Part shown: positions 1-10,189 of the stretch, in pieces
Position numbering within the stretch: position 1 is the first letter of the stretch
Layout of the letters: each line of letters opens with the position of its first letter
Assembly: GCA_965238005.1 (NCBI GenBank)
Contig: OZ250165.1
Location: 2,624,001 to 2,688,000, forward strand
Source: Longimicrobiales bacterium
Lineage (GTDB): Bacteria > Gemmatimonadota > Gemmatimonadetes > Longimicrobiales > Gaopeijiaceae
Direction: 5' to 3'
Length of the DNA: 64,000 nt
Made by a program: the position numbers and the translations under genes
Notes under the pieces: model-generated
Seen by the model: only the letters and a program-made list of their open reading frames with translations
What the model was told of the DNA's origin: nothing
The model's database searches: none

Positions 1-1896
1 GCGGATCGGGCGTCCGGGCCGCCGATCGCCCAGCGGGGTCCTCTCGCCACCGGTGCGGGGCCCCGAGGTGAGCTCTGCAGGCTGCCTGAGCAGCTCGAGG
101 CTGTGTCGCTCGGATTCCACGCGACCGCGCCCGATGGGGTCACCCTCACCCACGCGTGTGGCCCGGTAGGCGTACTCCGCCGCAGGTAGCCCCCGGGTGC
201 GTGCCTCTCCGACGCCGTCCACGACCACCGTGGTGTCCATGACCACCGAGTCCCCGGCGGAGATCGTCAGTACGATGGAATCGCCGGTCATGCCCGGCGC
301 CCGCCACGTCGGCTCCTCCCAGACGCTCCAGACCCGGGTGGCGGGACGGATCTCGGCACGTTCCTCGACGGGGGTGGAGGCCAGAAGCCATCCGACGACG
401 CCTGCCCACAGCCGCCGGTAGACCTGCCGATCAGAGCCCTCACGGAACGCCCATCGCCAGAATCCCGATGCGAGCACCACGGCCTGGCGCCGCCCCTGAT
501 CCTCCCTGAGCACAAGGGCCGCCTCCGCGGGTCCAGTCCCCTGGAGCTGCAACTGCAACGGACTGGTCCCAGACTCGGGCCGCACCCTCGGGAGGACGTT
601 GCCGAGTGGGGGCAGTCCCGTCAGATCCGCCCCGGCCAGACTGGCGGCCAAAGGAGACGGCGGGAGGTCCGGCACGGGATACCACTCTCCGGGCAGGGGA
701 GGCCCGACCCGCACGCCGGCGGCCATGGCTCCTCCGGGATCGGCGGGGAACAACAGCACACGGGGACTCCCGGCCATGGCCTCCGTCACCCACCGAGGCT
801 GATTCCTACCGACTCCGTGAAGGACGAGGAAGTCGGCACCCGAGGCGGCCCTGCGCACGTCGGCCTCACCCGACGACCCACCGGCATCCGCCCCGGCACC
901 CAACTGCAGATAGCGGCCGTCACCCATGGCGAGGAAACCGCGGGTATCGAGGCCCGTCACCTGGGAGAGCACGGGCAGCAGGAAGCGCGGCTCCCAATCG
1001 GGCCGGAGCGAGACCAGGACCAGACCGCCCTCCTCGGGATCGACCTCGACGAAGGCCGCCTTGGTGTCGTCCCCGGCGAAGTCGTCCCCCTCCAGCTCCA
1101 CCGACAGCCGGTACCGTATCCAACCCGACGAACGAGGAACCGGGAGGCGAATCGAAGTCGTGGCCAGGCGTCCGAAGCCGGCGGGCAGGACTCCCAACGA
1201 AGCGGCGAGACGACCCTCTTCGAAGATCTGCAGACGGATCGTATCGGCAGGCCCGGCTTCTTCTGAAAAGACCGCCACCTGGGCCACCAGGGTGTCCCCG
1301 GACTCGGCTCTCCTCGGCAGCTCGAACCGGGCTATGCCGGCATTTCGGATCCCCTCCTCCCCGCTCTCGCTCCGGAGATCCAGGGACAGACGCTGCGCCG
1401 TCAGGTTCGCCTCGACAGGATCATCCAGCCGCAGATCCGAGAGTATCGTCACCCCCTCGGCACCGGACTCCGCCACGCGGGCCAGGGCGGGTGCCAGTCG
1501 GGAAGTTCCCTCGGTCGGCAGGAGAGTCTCGAGGGAATCCGCCGGGACGATCCTCGGGGTGCCTCCGAACACTAGGATCTGTGCCCCCTCGGCGGCGAGC
1601 TGCTGGGCCCTCGCCAATGCTACGGTCCAGGCAGCCTCGCCCCCGTCCGCGCCCGCCTCCATGCTGGCCGAACCATCGAGGAGCACCCAGCGGTCAGCCC
1701 CCGCGAAGGCTCCGGCTCGGCTGCCGGGCAGACGTGGATCCCAGAGGAGCAGGAGAACCATGACGAGGACGAGCCCCCGGGCGACCCCCAGCACATCGCG
1801 GCCTGGAATCGGGAGCTCCCGCCGATAGTAGATCCACGCGGCGAACGCAGCGGCAGCAGCAGCCAGGGCTCCGAAAACGAGCCAGGAAAAGGTCAC
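1..1896 (-). CDS. Membrane-anchored VWA-like domain protein (3' end runs off window)
   Basis: Manual translation from GTG at 1896 (overlaps stop of M23 gene): N-terminal TM segments MTFSWLVFGALAAAAAAFAAWIYYRR, MIDAS-like LLDGSASM, later SGFWRW; frame open to window edge, so absent from ORF track. Confidence 0.6.
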   Translation of the reverse strand, partial: MTFSWLVFGALAAAAAAFAAWIYYRRELPIPGRDVLGVARGLVLVMVLLLLWDPRLPGSRAGAFAGADRWVLLDGSASMEAGADGGEAAWTVALARAQQLAAEGAQILVFGGTPRIVPADSLETLLPTEGTSRLAPALARVAESGAEGVTILSDLRLDDPVEANLTAQRLSLDLRSESGEEGIRNAGIARFELPRRAESGDTLVAQVAVFSEEAGPADTIRLQIFEEGRLAASLGVLPAGFGRLATTSIRLPVPRSSGWIRYRLSVELEGDDFAGDDTKAAFVEVDPEEGGLVLVSLRPDWEPRFLLPVLSQVTGLDTRGFLAMGDGRYLQLGAGADAGGSSGEADVRRAASGADFLVLHGVGRNQPRWVTEAMAGSPRVLLFPADPGGAMAAGVRVGPPLPGEWYPVPDLPPSPLAASLAGADLTGLPPLGNVLPRVRPESGTSPLQLQLQGTGPAEAALVLREDQGRRQAVVLASGFWRWAFREGSDRQVYRRLWAGVVGWLLASTPVEERAEIRPATRVWSVWEEPTWRAPGMTGDSIVLTISAGDSVVMDTTVVVDGVGEARTRGLPAAEYAYRATRVGEGDPIGRGRVESERHSLELLRQPAELTSGPRTGGERTPLGDRRPGRPIR

Positions 1897-3203
1897 CGCG
1901 CTCCCGGACCCGACTGGACGCCATCCCCGACTTTCACGGCGAGATCGACGTCCCACGGAAGCGGTAGGCGGTCCAGGAGAGCCAGGTGCTCACTGCTCTG
2001 GACCTCCCAGACTTCCCACTGGTCCGTCGGAACCGGATCGCCAGCCGGAAGGTCCACCGCCAGGGGATCCTTGGGATTGCCGTGGCTGCGCATCTCGTAG
2101 TGGAGGTGGGGGCCCGTGGCCAGGCCGGTCGTGCCGACGTACCCGATGACATCCTCCTGCTTGATCGGGCTACCCACCCTGATCCCCGGGGCAAACCGGG
2201 TCATGTGGCCGTAGCGCGTGGTCCAGCCGTTCGAATGCTGGAGCTCGATCATGTTCCCCAACGCGCTGTCGTTGCCGCGCCGGGTGACCATGCCGTTGCC
2301 CGTCGCACGGACCGGTGTGCCGGTGCTCGCCGCGAAGTCCACCCCCCGGTGGGCGCGCCATGTCTTGAGAATGGGATGGAACCGGCTGCTGGTGAAGCCG
2401 CTCGAGATGCGGTAGCGCAGCGCGATGGGGCTCTTGAGGAAGGCCCGGCGCACCGAGTTGCCCTCGGGGTCGTAGTAGGTCCCGCTCCCGTCGCGGTTGG
2501 GGTCGAACCAGAGCGCCTGGAGGCTGCGCCCGCGATTCACCAGCTCAGCGGACAGGACGTGCCCGGTGCGCATGGTGCCGTCGGGCCGGACCTCGCGCTC
2601 GAAGGCGAAGCGGTAGAAGTCACCCGATCGGATCTGACGCAGAAAGTCGACCTGCCACTGGAAGACCTTCTCCAGCTCTAGGATGAGCTCTGCCCGATCG
2701 TTGAGATCCACGCCGTCGAGGTCCTCGTTCCCGTAGACCGACTCCCACAGCGACGAGCGGATCTCTCCCGCCACCCAGACGGTGTCGGTAAGGACCGGCG
2801 TCCTTATGAGCTCGGAGTTCCATCCCACGGCCGTGGGAGCTAAACGAATCGTCTGGTCTGCATTGATCTTGATGTCGACGGCCCGAAGCACGGGAGAGTC
2901 GCCCTGAAGCCACCGGAACGCCACCTCGGTCCCGGGGCGCATCCGGCGGGGGCTGGCCTGCTCCCGTAGGGCAAGGATCAGCCCGGACTGGGCATTGGCG
3001 TCCAGGACCCCCGAAAGGAGGTCGCCGAGGGTCTGATCCTGGGCGAGGGAGCGAACCTCCACCCGCTCGGCCGGAGCGGCGTAGATGGGCTCCACAAGGG
3101 CCACCGTGAGCACCTCTTCGCCTCTGAAGAGGGCGAAGGCGGCCACGAGGGCCAAGAGCCCCACAAGGCCGACGAATTGCCGTACAATTGAGCCCGAACG
3201 CAC
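1893..3203 (-). CDS. M23 family peptidoglycan DD-endopeptidase (MepM-like)
   Basis: HRGVDF, RYGHM and GPHLHYE zinc motifs; N-terminal TM. Confidence 0.9.
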   Translation of the reverse strand: MRSGSIVRQFVGLVGLLALVAAFALFRGEEVLTVALVEPIYAAPAERVEVRSLAQDQTLGDLLSGVLDANAQSGLILALREQASPRRMRPGTEVAFRWLQGDSPVLRAVDIKINADQTIRLAPTAVGWNSELIRTPVLTDTVWVAGEIRSSLWESVYGNEDLDGVDLNDRAELILELEKVFQWQVDFLRQIRSGDFYRFAFEREVRPDGTMRTGHVLSAELVNRGRSLQALWFDPNRDGSGTYYDPEGNSVRRAFLKSPIALRYRISSGFTSSRFHPILKTWRAHRGVDFAASTGTPVRATGNGMVTRRGNDSALGNMIELQHSNGWTTRYGHMTRFAPGIRVGSPIKQEDVIGYVGTTGLATGPHLHYEMRSHGNPKDPLAVDLPAGDPVPTDQWEVWEVQSSEHLALLDRLPLPWDVDLAVKVGDGVQSGPGAR

Positions 3204-3248
3204 CAGTTGCCGCCCTTCGTCTATGTGCTGCGGCCCTGGGGCCGCTAC

Positions 3249-4409
3249 TCAGTCCATCTGCCGACGGATGAAGGTCGGGATGTCCAACTCACCGATCTGC
3301 TCTCGCGTCACGACCCGCTCCGGAAGCCGGGGAAGCGGCACGACCCCAGCCGGGCTGCCGCCGACGGCGACCGCCCGTAGCGGCTGCTCAACCTGACGTT
3401 GGGGCTGCGGCTGTACCGCGGTGTGCGTGCCGAAGTCCGGGCGGATCACATCGTCGAAGCCGGTCGCGATGACGGTGACCCTGATCTTCCCTTCCAATGC
3501 TGGGTCGTGCACCGCACCGAAGATGATCTCCGACTCTTCGCCGACCTCTTCTTGAATAATAGTCGATATCCGGTGGACCTCGTCAATGGCGAGATCCATG
3601 CCCCCGGTGATGTTGATCAACACCCCCTGGGCACCGTTGATGGACACATTGTCCAGCAACGGAGAGGAGACGGCTTCCTGGGCCGCTTCCTGCGCCCGAT
3701 TCTCGCCCTCGCCGAATCCGGACCCCATGAGGGCTGGTCCGCGGCACGCCATGATGGTGCGCACGTCCGCGAAGTCCACGTTCACCTCTCCAGAGACCCG
3801 TATGAGGTCACTGATGCCCTGGGTGGCGTGAAGGAGGACCTCGTCGGCCCTCTTCAGCGCGTCGCGGAACGAGGTCCCCTTGGGCACGACCGACATGAGG
3901 CGATCGTTGGGGACGACGATCATCGTGTCGACGCTCCGGCGAAGCTCGGCGAGCCCCTGATCCGCCTGACGCTCCCGCTTCTTTCCCTCGAAGGAGAACG
4001 GCTTCGTCACGATCCCTATGGTGAGCGCGCCCATCTCCCGGGCGATCTCCCCGATGATGGGAGCGGCGCCCGTCCCCGTACCGCCGCCCATACCGGCCGT
4101 GATGAAGACCAGGTCGGCCCCTTCCAGGACCTTGCGAACCTCGTCAGCACTCTCGGCGATGGCCTGACGGCCGATCTCCGGGCGGGCACCGGCGCCCAAT
4201 CCCCGCGTCAGCTTCTTGCCCAACTGCATCGTGACCTGGGCACGGGAGCTCTTCAGGGCTTGGGCATCGGTGTTCGCCGAGATGAACTCCACGCCCTCCA
4301 AGTCCTCGTCGACCATCCGGTTGACGGCGTTGCCGCCTGCCCCCCCAACCCCCACCACCTTCATTCGGGCGTTCTGGATCGGGGTGTCTTCGAATTCGAA
4401 AATCATCAT
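3249..4409 (-). CDS. ftsZ: Cell division protein FtsZ
   Basis: [21 protein letters not shown] tubulin signature, C-terminal [12 protein letters not shown]; start taken at ATG after GGAG. Confidence 0.98.
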   Translation of the reverse strand: MMIFEFEDTPIQNARMKVVGVGGAGGNAVNRMVDEDLEGVEFISANTDAQALKSSRAQVTMQLGKKLTRGLGAGARPEIGRQAIAESADEVRKVLEGADLVFITAGMGGGTGTGAAPIIGEIAREMGALTIGIVTKPFSFEGKKRERQADQGLAELRRSVDTMIVVPNDRLMSVVPKGTSFRDALKRADEVLLHATQGISDLIRVSGEVNVDFADVRTIMACRGPALMGSGFGEGENRAQEAAQEAVSSPLLDNVSINGAQGVLINITGGMDLAIDEVHRISTIIQEEVGEESEIIFGAVHDPALEGKIRVTVIATGFDDVIRPDFGTHTAVQPQPQRQVEQPLRAVAVGGSPAGVVPLPRLPERVVTREQIGELDIPTFIRRQMD

Positions 4410-4452
4410 CAGTTGACTCCCGTGCGGGGGTTGATTGAAGTCGTTCACGTTC

Positions 4453-5682
4453 CTAGAAGAATTCCCTTAGCCACGAACCGACCTTCGAAACGAGGCCGGA
4501 CGTGAGCGTCGACGCACCCTCTCCCGTCTGCTCGAAGCGATCGGCTCCGTAGAGGACGAGGCCGGCCGCGGTCGCGAACTTCGGACGGCCCACGGAGTCC
4601 GCCAGCCCACCGAGGCCCTCGCCCGGGGCACCGCACCGGACCGGAGCCGCGAACACCTGCCGCGCCAGCTCCGCGATCCCGTACAGTGCCGAGGCGCCGC
4701 CGGTGAGCACGATTCCGGCGCCCAGCTTGTTCAGCAGGTCCTGTCGCTCGAGCTCGCTCTGGACCAGTCCGAACATCTCGTCCAGGCGCTGCTCCATCAC
4801 GTGGGCGATGAGCTCTCGAGCCACGTGCCGCTTCTGGCCGGGGCTCGGTCCAGGCAGCTCCACGGTCTCCTGGGGATCCACCATCTGCGCGAAGGCGACC
4901 CCGAAGCGCTCCATGGCCTTCTTGGCCTCGGCGAAGGGGATCGAGAGCCCCCTTACCAGGTCGTTCGTTACGGTGATCCCACCCGCGGGAAGAACGGCCA
5001 CATGGCGGATCTCCCCGTTGTAGTACGCGGCCAGATCGGTGGTGCAGGCGCCCATCTCGACCATGGCCACGCCCACTTCCTTTTCGTCCTCGGTCAGCAC
5101 CGCCTGGGCCGCAGCCAGAGGCTCCAGAACCAGCTCCTGGACCCGATAGCCAGCCCTCTGCACGGACTTTCTGATGTTCTCGGCGGCGGAGGCCGAGCCG
5201 GTCACCAGGTAGACCTCGGCCTCCAGACGGGTGCCCACCATGCCGATGGGATCCTTGATACCGCGCTGGTGATCGACGATGTAGTCCTGGGGGATGGCGT
5301 GGAGGAGCTCCCGGTCCGGCGGATGGGCCACGGCCCGAGCCACCTCATGGACGCGCTGCAGGTCGAAGCGCGAGACCTCGTCTTCGGAGACTGCGACGAC
5401 TCCTGGAGACGTCATGGCTCTGATGTGCTCACCGCTGATGCCGACGTAGACCCGATCCACGCTCACCCCGGCCATGAGCTCGGCCTCTTCGAGGGCGGCC
5501 TTGACGGACTCCGTGGTCTCGTCGATGTGCGTGACGACCTGCCGCATGCCCGTGCTCTTGGCCTGCCCCACCCCGAGTATCTTCAGCTCGCGCCTGAGGA
5601 ACGGATCCTCGTGGACTTCCGCGATGACCGCGCGGGTCTTCGTCGTCCCGAGGTCCACACCGGCGATGAGGATCGAGTGCAT
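4453..5682 (-). CDS. ftsA: Cell division protein FtsA
   Basis: DLGTTK, GIVLTGG, C-terminal amphipathic WLREFF; directly upstream of ftsZ. Confidence 0.95.
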   Translation of the reverse strand: MHSILIAGVDLGTTKTRAVIAEVHEDPFLRRELKILGVGQAKSTGMRQVVTHIDETTESVKAALEEAELMAGVSVDRVYVGISGEHIRAMTSPGVVAVSEDEVSRFDLQRVHEVARAVAHPPDRELLHAIPQDYIVDHQRGIKDPIGMVGTRLEAEVYLVTGSASAAENIRKSVQRAGYRVQELVLEPLAAAQAVLTEDEKEVGVAMVEMGACTTDLAAYYNGEIRHVAVLPAGGITVTNDLVRGLSIPFAEAKKAMERFGVAFAQMVDPQETVELPGPSPGQKRHVARELIAHVMEQRLDEMFGLVQSELERQDLLNKLGAGIVLTGGASALYGIAELARQVFAAPVRCGAPGEGLGGLADSVGRPKFATAAGLVLYGADRFEQTGEGASTLTSGLVSKVGSWLREFF

Positions 5683-6435
5683 CTAGCGTTCCGTTGTCGA
5701 AGTTCGCGAGCCACCAAGAGGGTCGTAGGAGACCACGACCTGGTCCGCGTATCGGAGATCTACGATGGCCGCCCGCTGGTCCGGCCGGCGTCGGTCGGCG
5801 TCTTCGAGAACCGTGAGTCCGTCCCGCAACCGTCGATGAGATAGGGGCGGACGGAACCTGACGCGCACGCCTCCTTCCACGATGGCCGTTGCATATCCCT
5901 TGTCGTCCAGCGCGATCTCGGACACGGCGGCCATGAAGGAGGGGTCGTCGGCCGTCAGGCGCTCTACCTCCATGGCCAGAATCCGCAGCTGTGGCGTAGA
6001 GAGGCGCGTCATGCCCTGGTCTGCACGGAGCAGCGGCAGATCCATCCGATGCTCGCCCGGATCCAAAGGCAGGACCTGGCCATCACGGTCCACTGGCTCC
6101 AGGAGGGCGTTGGCGACCAAGGCGACGGGAACCCTCTCCTCCACCGTGACGACCAGAGTCGCCGGGAGGTCCCGGGTGACCTTGGCGCGACGGATGAGGG
6201 GGTGTCGCTCCAGGCGACGCTCCCATGAGTCCGTAGCATCGAAGACACTTGCGTAGGACGGTATGGATGCCGCCTCCAGGACCTCGTCCTCTTCGACGAT
6301 CCGAGCCCCGACCACACGGAACTCCGTCGCCCGGAAGTACTCCAGCTCGGCGAGTGCGTCCGCAAGCCACGCGGCCGCCAGCGCCACGCCACCGGCAACG
6401 CAGAGCCAAAGCCCGACGCGGAGGAGCCTACGCAT
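5683..6435 (-). CDS. ftsQ: Cell division protein FtsQ/DivIB
   Basis: N-terminal TM, POTRA-like region, DLRY motif, dcw position. Confidence 0.85.
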   Translation of the reverse strand: MRRLLRVGLWLCVAGGVALAAAWLADALAELEYFRATEFRVVGARIVEEDEVLEAASIPSYASVFDATDSWERRLERHPLIRRAKVTRDLPATLVVTVEERVPVALVANALLEPVDRDGQVLPLDPGEHRMDLPLLRADQGMTRLSTPQLRILAMEVERLTADDPSFMAAVSEIALDDKGYATAIVEGGVRVRFRPPLSHRRLRDGLTVLEDADRRRPDQRAAIVDLRYADQVVVSYDPLGGSRTSTTER

Positions 6436-7858
6436 GATCCACCGCCTTCAAGAGCCCGAGAACCCGGGCGGCAACCTGCTCGACTGAGCCGGCTCCCATG
6501 GTCAGCAGGAGATCACCCGGCGCGAGATCCGAGGCCACCGCCTGGGCCAGAGTGTCCAACTCCGCGTGATAACGCACACCGCCCCCGGCCCGCTCGACGG
6601 CGGCCGACACCAGCTCGCCTGTGACGCCCGGGATCGGTGCCTCCCGAGCCGGGAAGATATCCGTGACCCAGACGACGTCCGCGCCTGCCAGCGCCCGTCC
6701 GAAGTCGTCCGCGAAGTCGCGCGTCCGGCTGAAGAGGTGCGGCTGGAAGACGGCCACCAGCCTGCGACCGGGGTGGGCCTCCCGGGCCGCCTCGAGGGTG
6801 GCCGAGATCTCCGACGGGTGGTGCGCGTAGTCGTCCACCACCAGGATATCACTCTCCCAGCCCACGGTCTCGAAGCGGCGATCCACGCCCTGGTATGCCG
6901 CCAGCCCCCTCCGGATATCGTCCCAGTCCGCCCCGAAGCAGCGGGCCGCGCCGGCCGCGCCCAGGGCGTTCCGCAGATTGTGGACGCCGGGCGCTGCAAG
7001 GTCGAAGGTCCCCCGATCGGTACCGTCTTCCACGATCCGGAACTCCATACCAGTGGAGCGCGCCCTTACGTCCACGGCCCGAAGCTGCGACCCGGCGGCG
7101 GTCCCGTAGGTGTAGCCCCGGCCGTTCAACCGAGCCAGGAGCCGGCTCGCGCCGTGGTCGTCTCCGCAGATGATGCCGCGGCCGTCGTCCGGGAGAGCCT
7201 CGAGGAACTCACGGAAGGCTCCCATGACGCCCTCCATCCCACCGTACGTGTCGAGGTGATCGGCCTCGACGTTGGTCACCACGGCCACCGTGGGCTCCAG
7301 CTCGAGGAAGGACCGGTCGTACTCGTCGGCCTCGACCACGTACAGATCGCCGCCGGAGCGCAGGTTGCCGTCCCAACCGGGAACCCGGCCACCCACGAGG
7401 CCCGTGGGATCCAGTCCAGCCTCCGTGAGGATCTCCGTAGCCATGGCGGTGGTGGACGTCTTCCCGTGGGTACCTGCAATGGCGAGCACCCTGCCGCCGT
7501 TTACCCACAGCCCGAGGGCCTCGGCCCTCTTCAAGACCGGTATGCCGCGGCCGTGGGCCTGTTGGATCTCGGGGTGGTCGGCAGGCACGGCCGCGCTTAC
7601 CACGAGGGCCCCGGCCCCCTCCAGGTGCTCGGGCTCATGGCCCTCGTGGATCGTCACGTCCATGGCTCGCAGGCGGTCGGTGCTGGGCCCGGGCCGGAGG
7701 TCGCAGCCCGAGACGCGGCCCCCACTCCGGGCAACGAGCTCCGCCAGAGCGCACATGCCGGCGCCACCGACGCCCATGAAGTGGACTTGTCCCTCACGGG
7801 CCAGCTGGCGCAGATCATCTCCGCTCAGGGGATCGGGCGCTCGGTAGCGGGCCATCAT
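6428..7858 (-). CDS. murC: UDP-N-acetylmuramate--L-alanine ligase
   Basis: HFMGVGGAGM, GTHGKTST, EADEYDRSFL, DDYAHHPSEI; start chosen at overlap with murG stop. Confidence 0.95.
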   Translation of the reverse strand: MMARYRAPDPLSGDDLRQLAREGQVHFMGVGGAGMCALAELVARSGGRVSGCDLRPGPSTDRLRAMDVTIHEGHEPEHLEGAGALVVSAAVPADHPEIQQAHGRGIPVLKRAEALGLWVNGGRVLAIAGTHGKTSTTAMATEILTEAGLDPTGLVGGRVPGWDGNLRSGGDLYVVEADEYDRSFLELEPTVAVVTNVEADHLDTYGGMEGVMGAFREFLEALPDDGRGIICGDDHGASRLLARLNGRGYTYGTAAGSQLRAVDVRARSTGMEFRIVEDGTDRGTFDLAAPGVHNLRNALGAAGAARCFGADWDDIRRGLAAYQGVDRRFETVGWESDILVVDDYAHHPSEISATLEAAREAHPGRRLVAVFQPHLFSRTRDFADDFGRALAGADVVWVTDIFPAREAPIPGVTGELVSAAVERAGGGVRYHAELDTLAQAVASDLAPGDLLLTMGAGSVEQVAARVLGLLKAVDHA

Positions 7859-9012
7859 GCCGTGACCTCCCGACGAGGTCCGGGGAGGAGGCGGATCATG
7901 TCGGCGACGATGGCCGTAGCGGCCTCGGGATGGCTCCGTACTCGGGCCGCATGGCTCATGCGTTCCAGTCGCTCCTCGTCCCCCGCCAGCTCCTCGACCG
8001 CTCGCCACAACGCCTCCGGCGTGAGATCCGCCTGACGCAGGTGGACTGCCGCCCCCGACTCCTGCAGGGCCTGGGCGTTCAGCTCCTGGTGGTTGGCGGC
8101 GGCGGTGGGAAGAGGCACCAGAATGGCCGGTACGCCCCATGCCAGGAGCTCGGCCGTGGTCATGGCCCCCGCCCGGCTCACGCACAGATCGGTGACGCTC
8201 AGCGCCGAGGGCATGTCCTCGATGTAGGGCACGGCCCGGACCCGGGCTGAATGGCCCACGGCATCCAGCGCCTGGTCGACGCCAGCGTGATGTCCGGTGC
8301 CGGTAGCCCATAGGAGCTGCCAGCCGTCGAGGGGAGACCGGGTCCCGCCGGTCATCTGGCGCACGGCGCCCTGGACCAGGTCGTTCAGAGCAACAGATCC
8401 TTGGCTGCCCCCCACCACGAGGAGGACCTTCAGCTCCGGGTCGAGGCCCAGGCGCTCGCACACGTCCCACCGCTCGGGCCGTCGCTCCGGGAGGGGTCGG
8501 ATGGGGCATCCGGACACGTGGGCGGCGTCCTGAGCCCCCGAGGGCAAATGCGCCACAGCCTCCGGGAACGCCAGGTGCACCTGGGCAGCCCATCTCGACA
8601 GGAAGCGTGTGGTTGCGCCCGGCCGAGCGTTCTGCTCCTGGAGGACCAAGGGGATGCCGGCCATAGCCGCGGCCATCCCCGCCGGCACGCCGGCGTATCC
8701 GCCCGTCACCACGACGAGCTCCGGCTCGAGGCGACGAAGCAGGCTGACGGCGACGACGAGAGACCGAGCCAACGCCCACGGTACCCCGAGGTTGGACAGC
8801 AACTCACCCCGATGGAGACCACGGACCGGGAGGAGATGGTGCTCCAACCCCCGCTCCGGGAGCACCCGAGCCTCCAGGCCCCTTCGGGCGCCGAGGAAGA
8901 ACGGCTGAGTGCCCGGCCGCTGCCGCACGAGCTCGTCGGCCAGGGCCAGCGCCGGATAGAGGTGCCCACCCGTGCCCCCGCCTGCGAAAACGGCGACGGA
9001 GCGCTCATGCAC
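7855..9012 (-). CDS. murG: Undecaprenyl-PP-MurNAc-pentapeptide GlcNAc transferase
   Basis: GGGTGGHLYPA, GGSQGS, SRAGAMT, HQELNA. Confidence 0.95.
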   Translation of the reverse strand: MHERSVAVFAGGGTGGHLYPALALADELVRQRPGTQPFFLGARRGLEARVLPERGLEHHLLPVRGLHRGELLSNLGVPWALARSLVVAVSLLRRLEPELVVVTGGYAGVPAGMAAAMAGIPLVLQEQNARPGATTRFLSRWAAQVHLAFPEAVAHLPSGAQDAAHVSGCPIRPLPERRPERWDVCERLGLDPELKVLLVVGGSQGSVALNDLVQGAVRQMTGGTRSPLDGWQLLWATGTGHHAGVDQALDAVGHSARVRAVPYIEDMPSALSVTDLCVSRAGAMTTAELLAWGVPAILVPLPTAAANHQELNAQALQESGAAVHLRQADLTPEALWRAVEELAGDEERLERMSHAARVRSHPEAATAIVADMIRLLPGPRREVTA

Positions 9013-10189
9013 GGGCCCTCCTTCCGGCGGGTAGGGGCCGCTCACAGGCTCGGGAGATGCTCATCAGGATCCCCACAGCCGCCAGGGTGACCAGAAGGTT
9101 CGATCGGCCGTACGAGACCAGAGGCAGGGCCAAGCCGGTGGGTGGGACCAGACTCAGTCCCACCGACATGTGGAGGATCGCCTGCATGGCGATCATGCTG
9201 GTGATGCCCGTGGCGAGAAGCTGGCCGAAGAGGTCCGAAGCCCTTGCCGCGACGCGGAAACCCACCAGAACCAGAAGCATGTACAGGACCACGGTGACCG
9301 TCACCCCGACCAAGCCCCACTCCTCGCCGATCATGGCGAAGATGAAGTCGTTGTGGGCCTCGGGGAGGAAGCCGAGCTTCTGACGTCCCTGTCCGAATCC
9401 CACGCCGGCGATTCCTCCGGACCCCAGGGCCAGGAGCGACTGGTGCACCTGGAAGCCGGCGCCGGCCGGGTCCGCCGAAGGATCGAGGAAGGTCATGATC
9501 CGCTCGACCCGAAACGATACGGCGAGCTGCCTCCAAAGCAGCGGTGCCGCGAGCAGAGCGAAGAAAGCGAAGTGGGCCACCCGTGCCCCGGCGGCGTACA
9601 CCACCACACACCCTAGGAGCCCGATCAGCAACGCTGTCGAGAGATCAGGCTCGAGGGCGATGGGCAGCATGATGGCACCCCAGACCGCGAGGAAGGGGAC
9701 CAGGCCTCGCTTGAGGCTCCGGAAGTGCTCCTGCTTGCGCACCGCCATCGAGGCAGTCCAAACGATGACCGCCACCTTGGCGAGTTCGGAGGGCTGGATG
9801 GTCACACCGACACGGAGCCAACGACGGGCTCCGTTGATCTCGGGAGCGATGGCTTCCGTACCGGGAAGCACGAGGACGAAAAGCAGAAGCCAGACCGCGG
9901 CGATCATGGGCCACGCCAGGCGTTGCCAGAGATCGTGGGGGAGCCAGGCACAGAGGCCCAGGACGCTCAGGCCCGTGGCGGCGCCCATGGCCTGCCGCAG
10001 CACGTAGTAGTAGTCAGGCAAGGTCTGACGCTGGGCGAGGAACGCGCTCGCCGAGTACAGCGTGACCAGGCCCAGCGACAGGAGGACGACCGTGAGGATC
10101 ATGAGGGCGGCGGCCTCCCACCCCCTCCCCAGGCTCGTGATGGGCAGGGCGAGGGGCCCGGACGGAGCGACGTCGACGGCGCGGGCCAT
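9005..10189 (-). CDS. ftsW: Peptidoglycan polymerase FtsW (SEDS)
   Basis: GARRWL, QPSELAK, LPEAHNDFIFA, multi-TM, dcw position. Confidence 0.95.
   Translation of the reverse strand: MARAVDVAPSGPLALPITSLGRGWEAAALMILTVVLLSLGLVTLYSASAFLAQRQTLPDYYYVLRQAMGAATGLSVLGLCAWLPHDLWQRLAWPMIAAVWLLLFVLVLPGTEAIAPEINGARRWLRVGVTIQPSELAKVAVIVWTASMAVRKQEHFRSLKRGLVPFLAVWGAIMLPIALEPDLSTALLIGLLGCVVVYAAGARVAHFAFFALLAAPLLWRQLAVSFRVERIMTFLDPSADPAGAGFQVHQSLLALGSGGIAGVGFGQGRQKLGFLPEAHNDFIFAMIGEEWGLVGVTVTVVLYMLLVLVGFRVAARASDLFGQLLATGITSMIAMQAILHMSVGLSLVPPTGLALPLVSYGRSNLLVTLAAVGILMSISRACERPLPAGRRARA

Noticed and set aside
606..1828. Long plus-strand ORFs (385 aa, 300 aa) and similar antisense ORFs across the dcw, kinase and glpD genes
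   Set aside because: Shadow frames of high-GC genes on the opposite strand; no recognisable motifs
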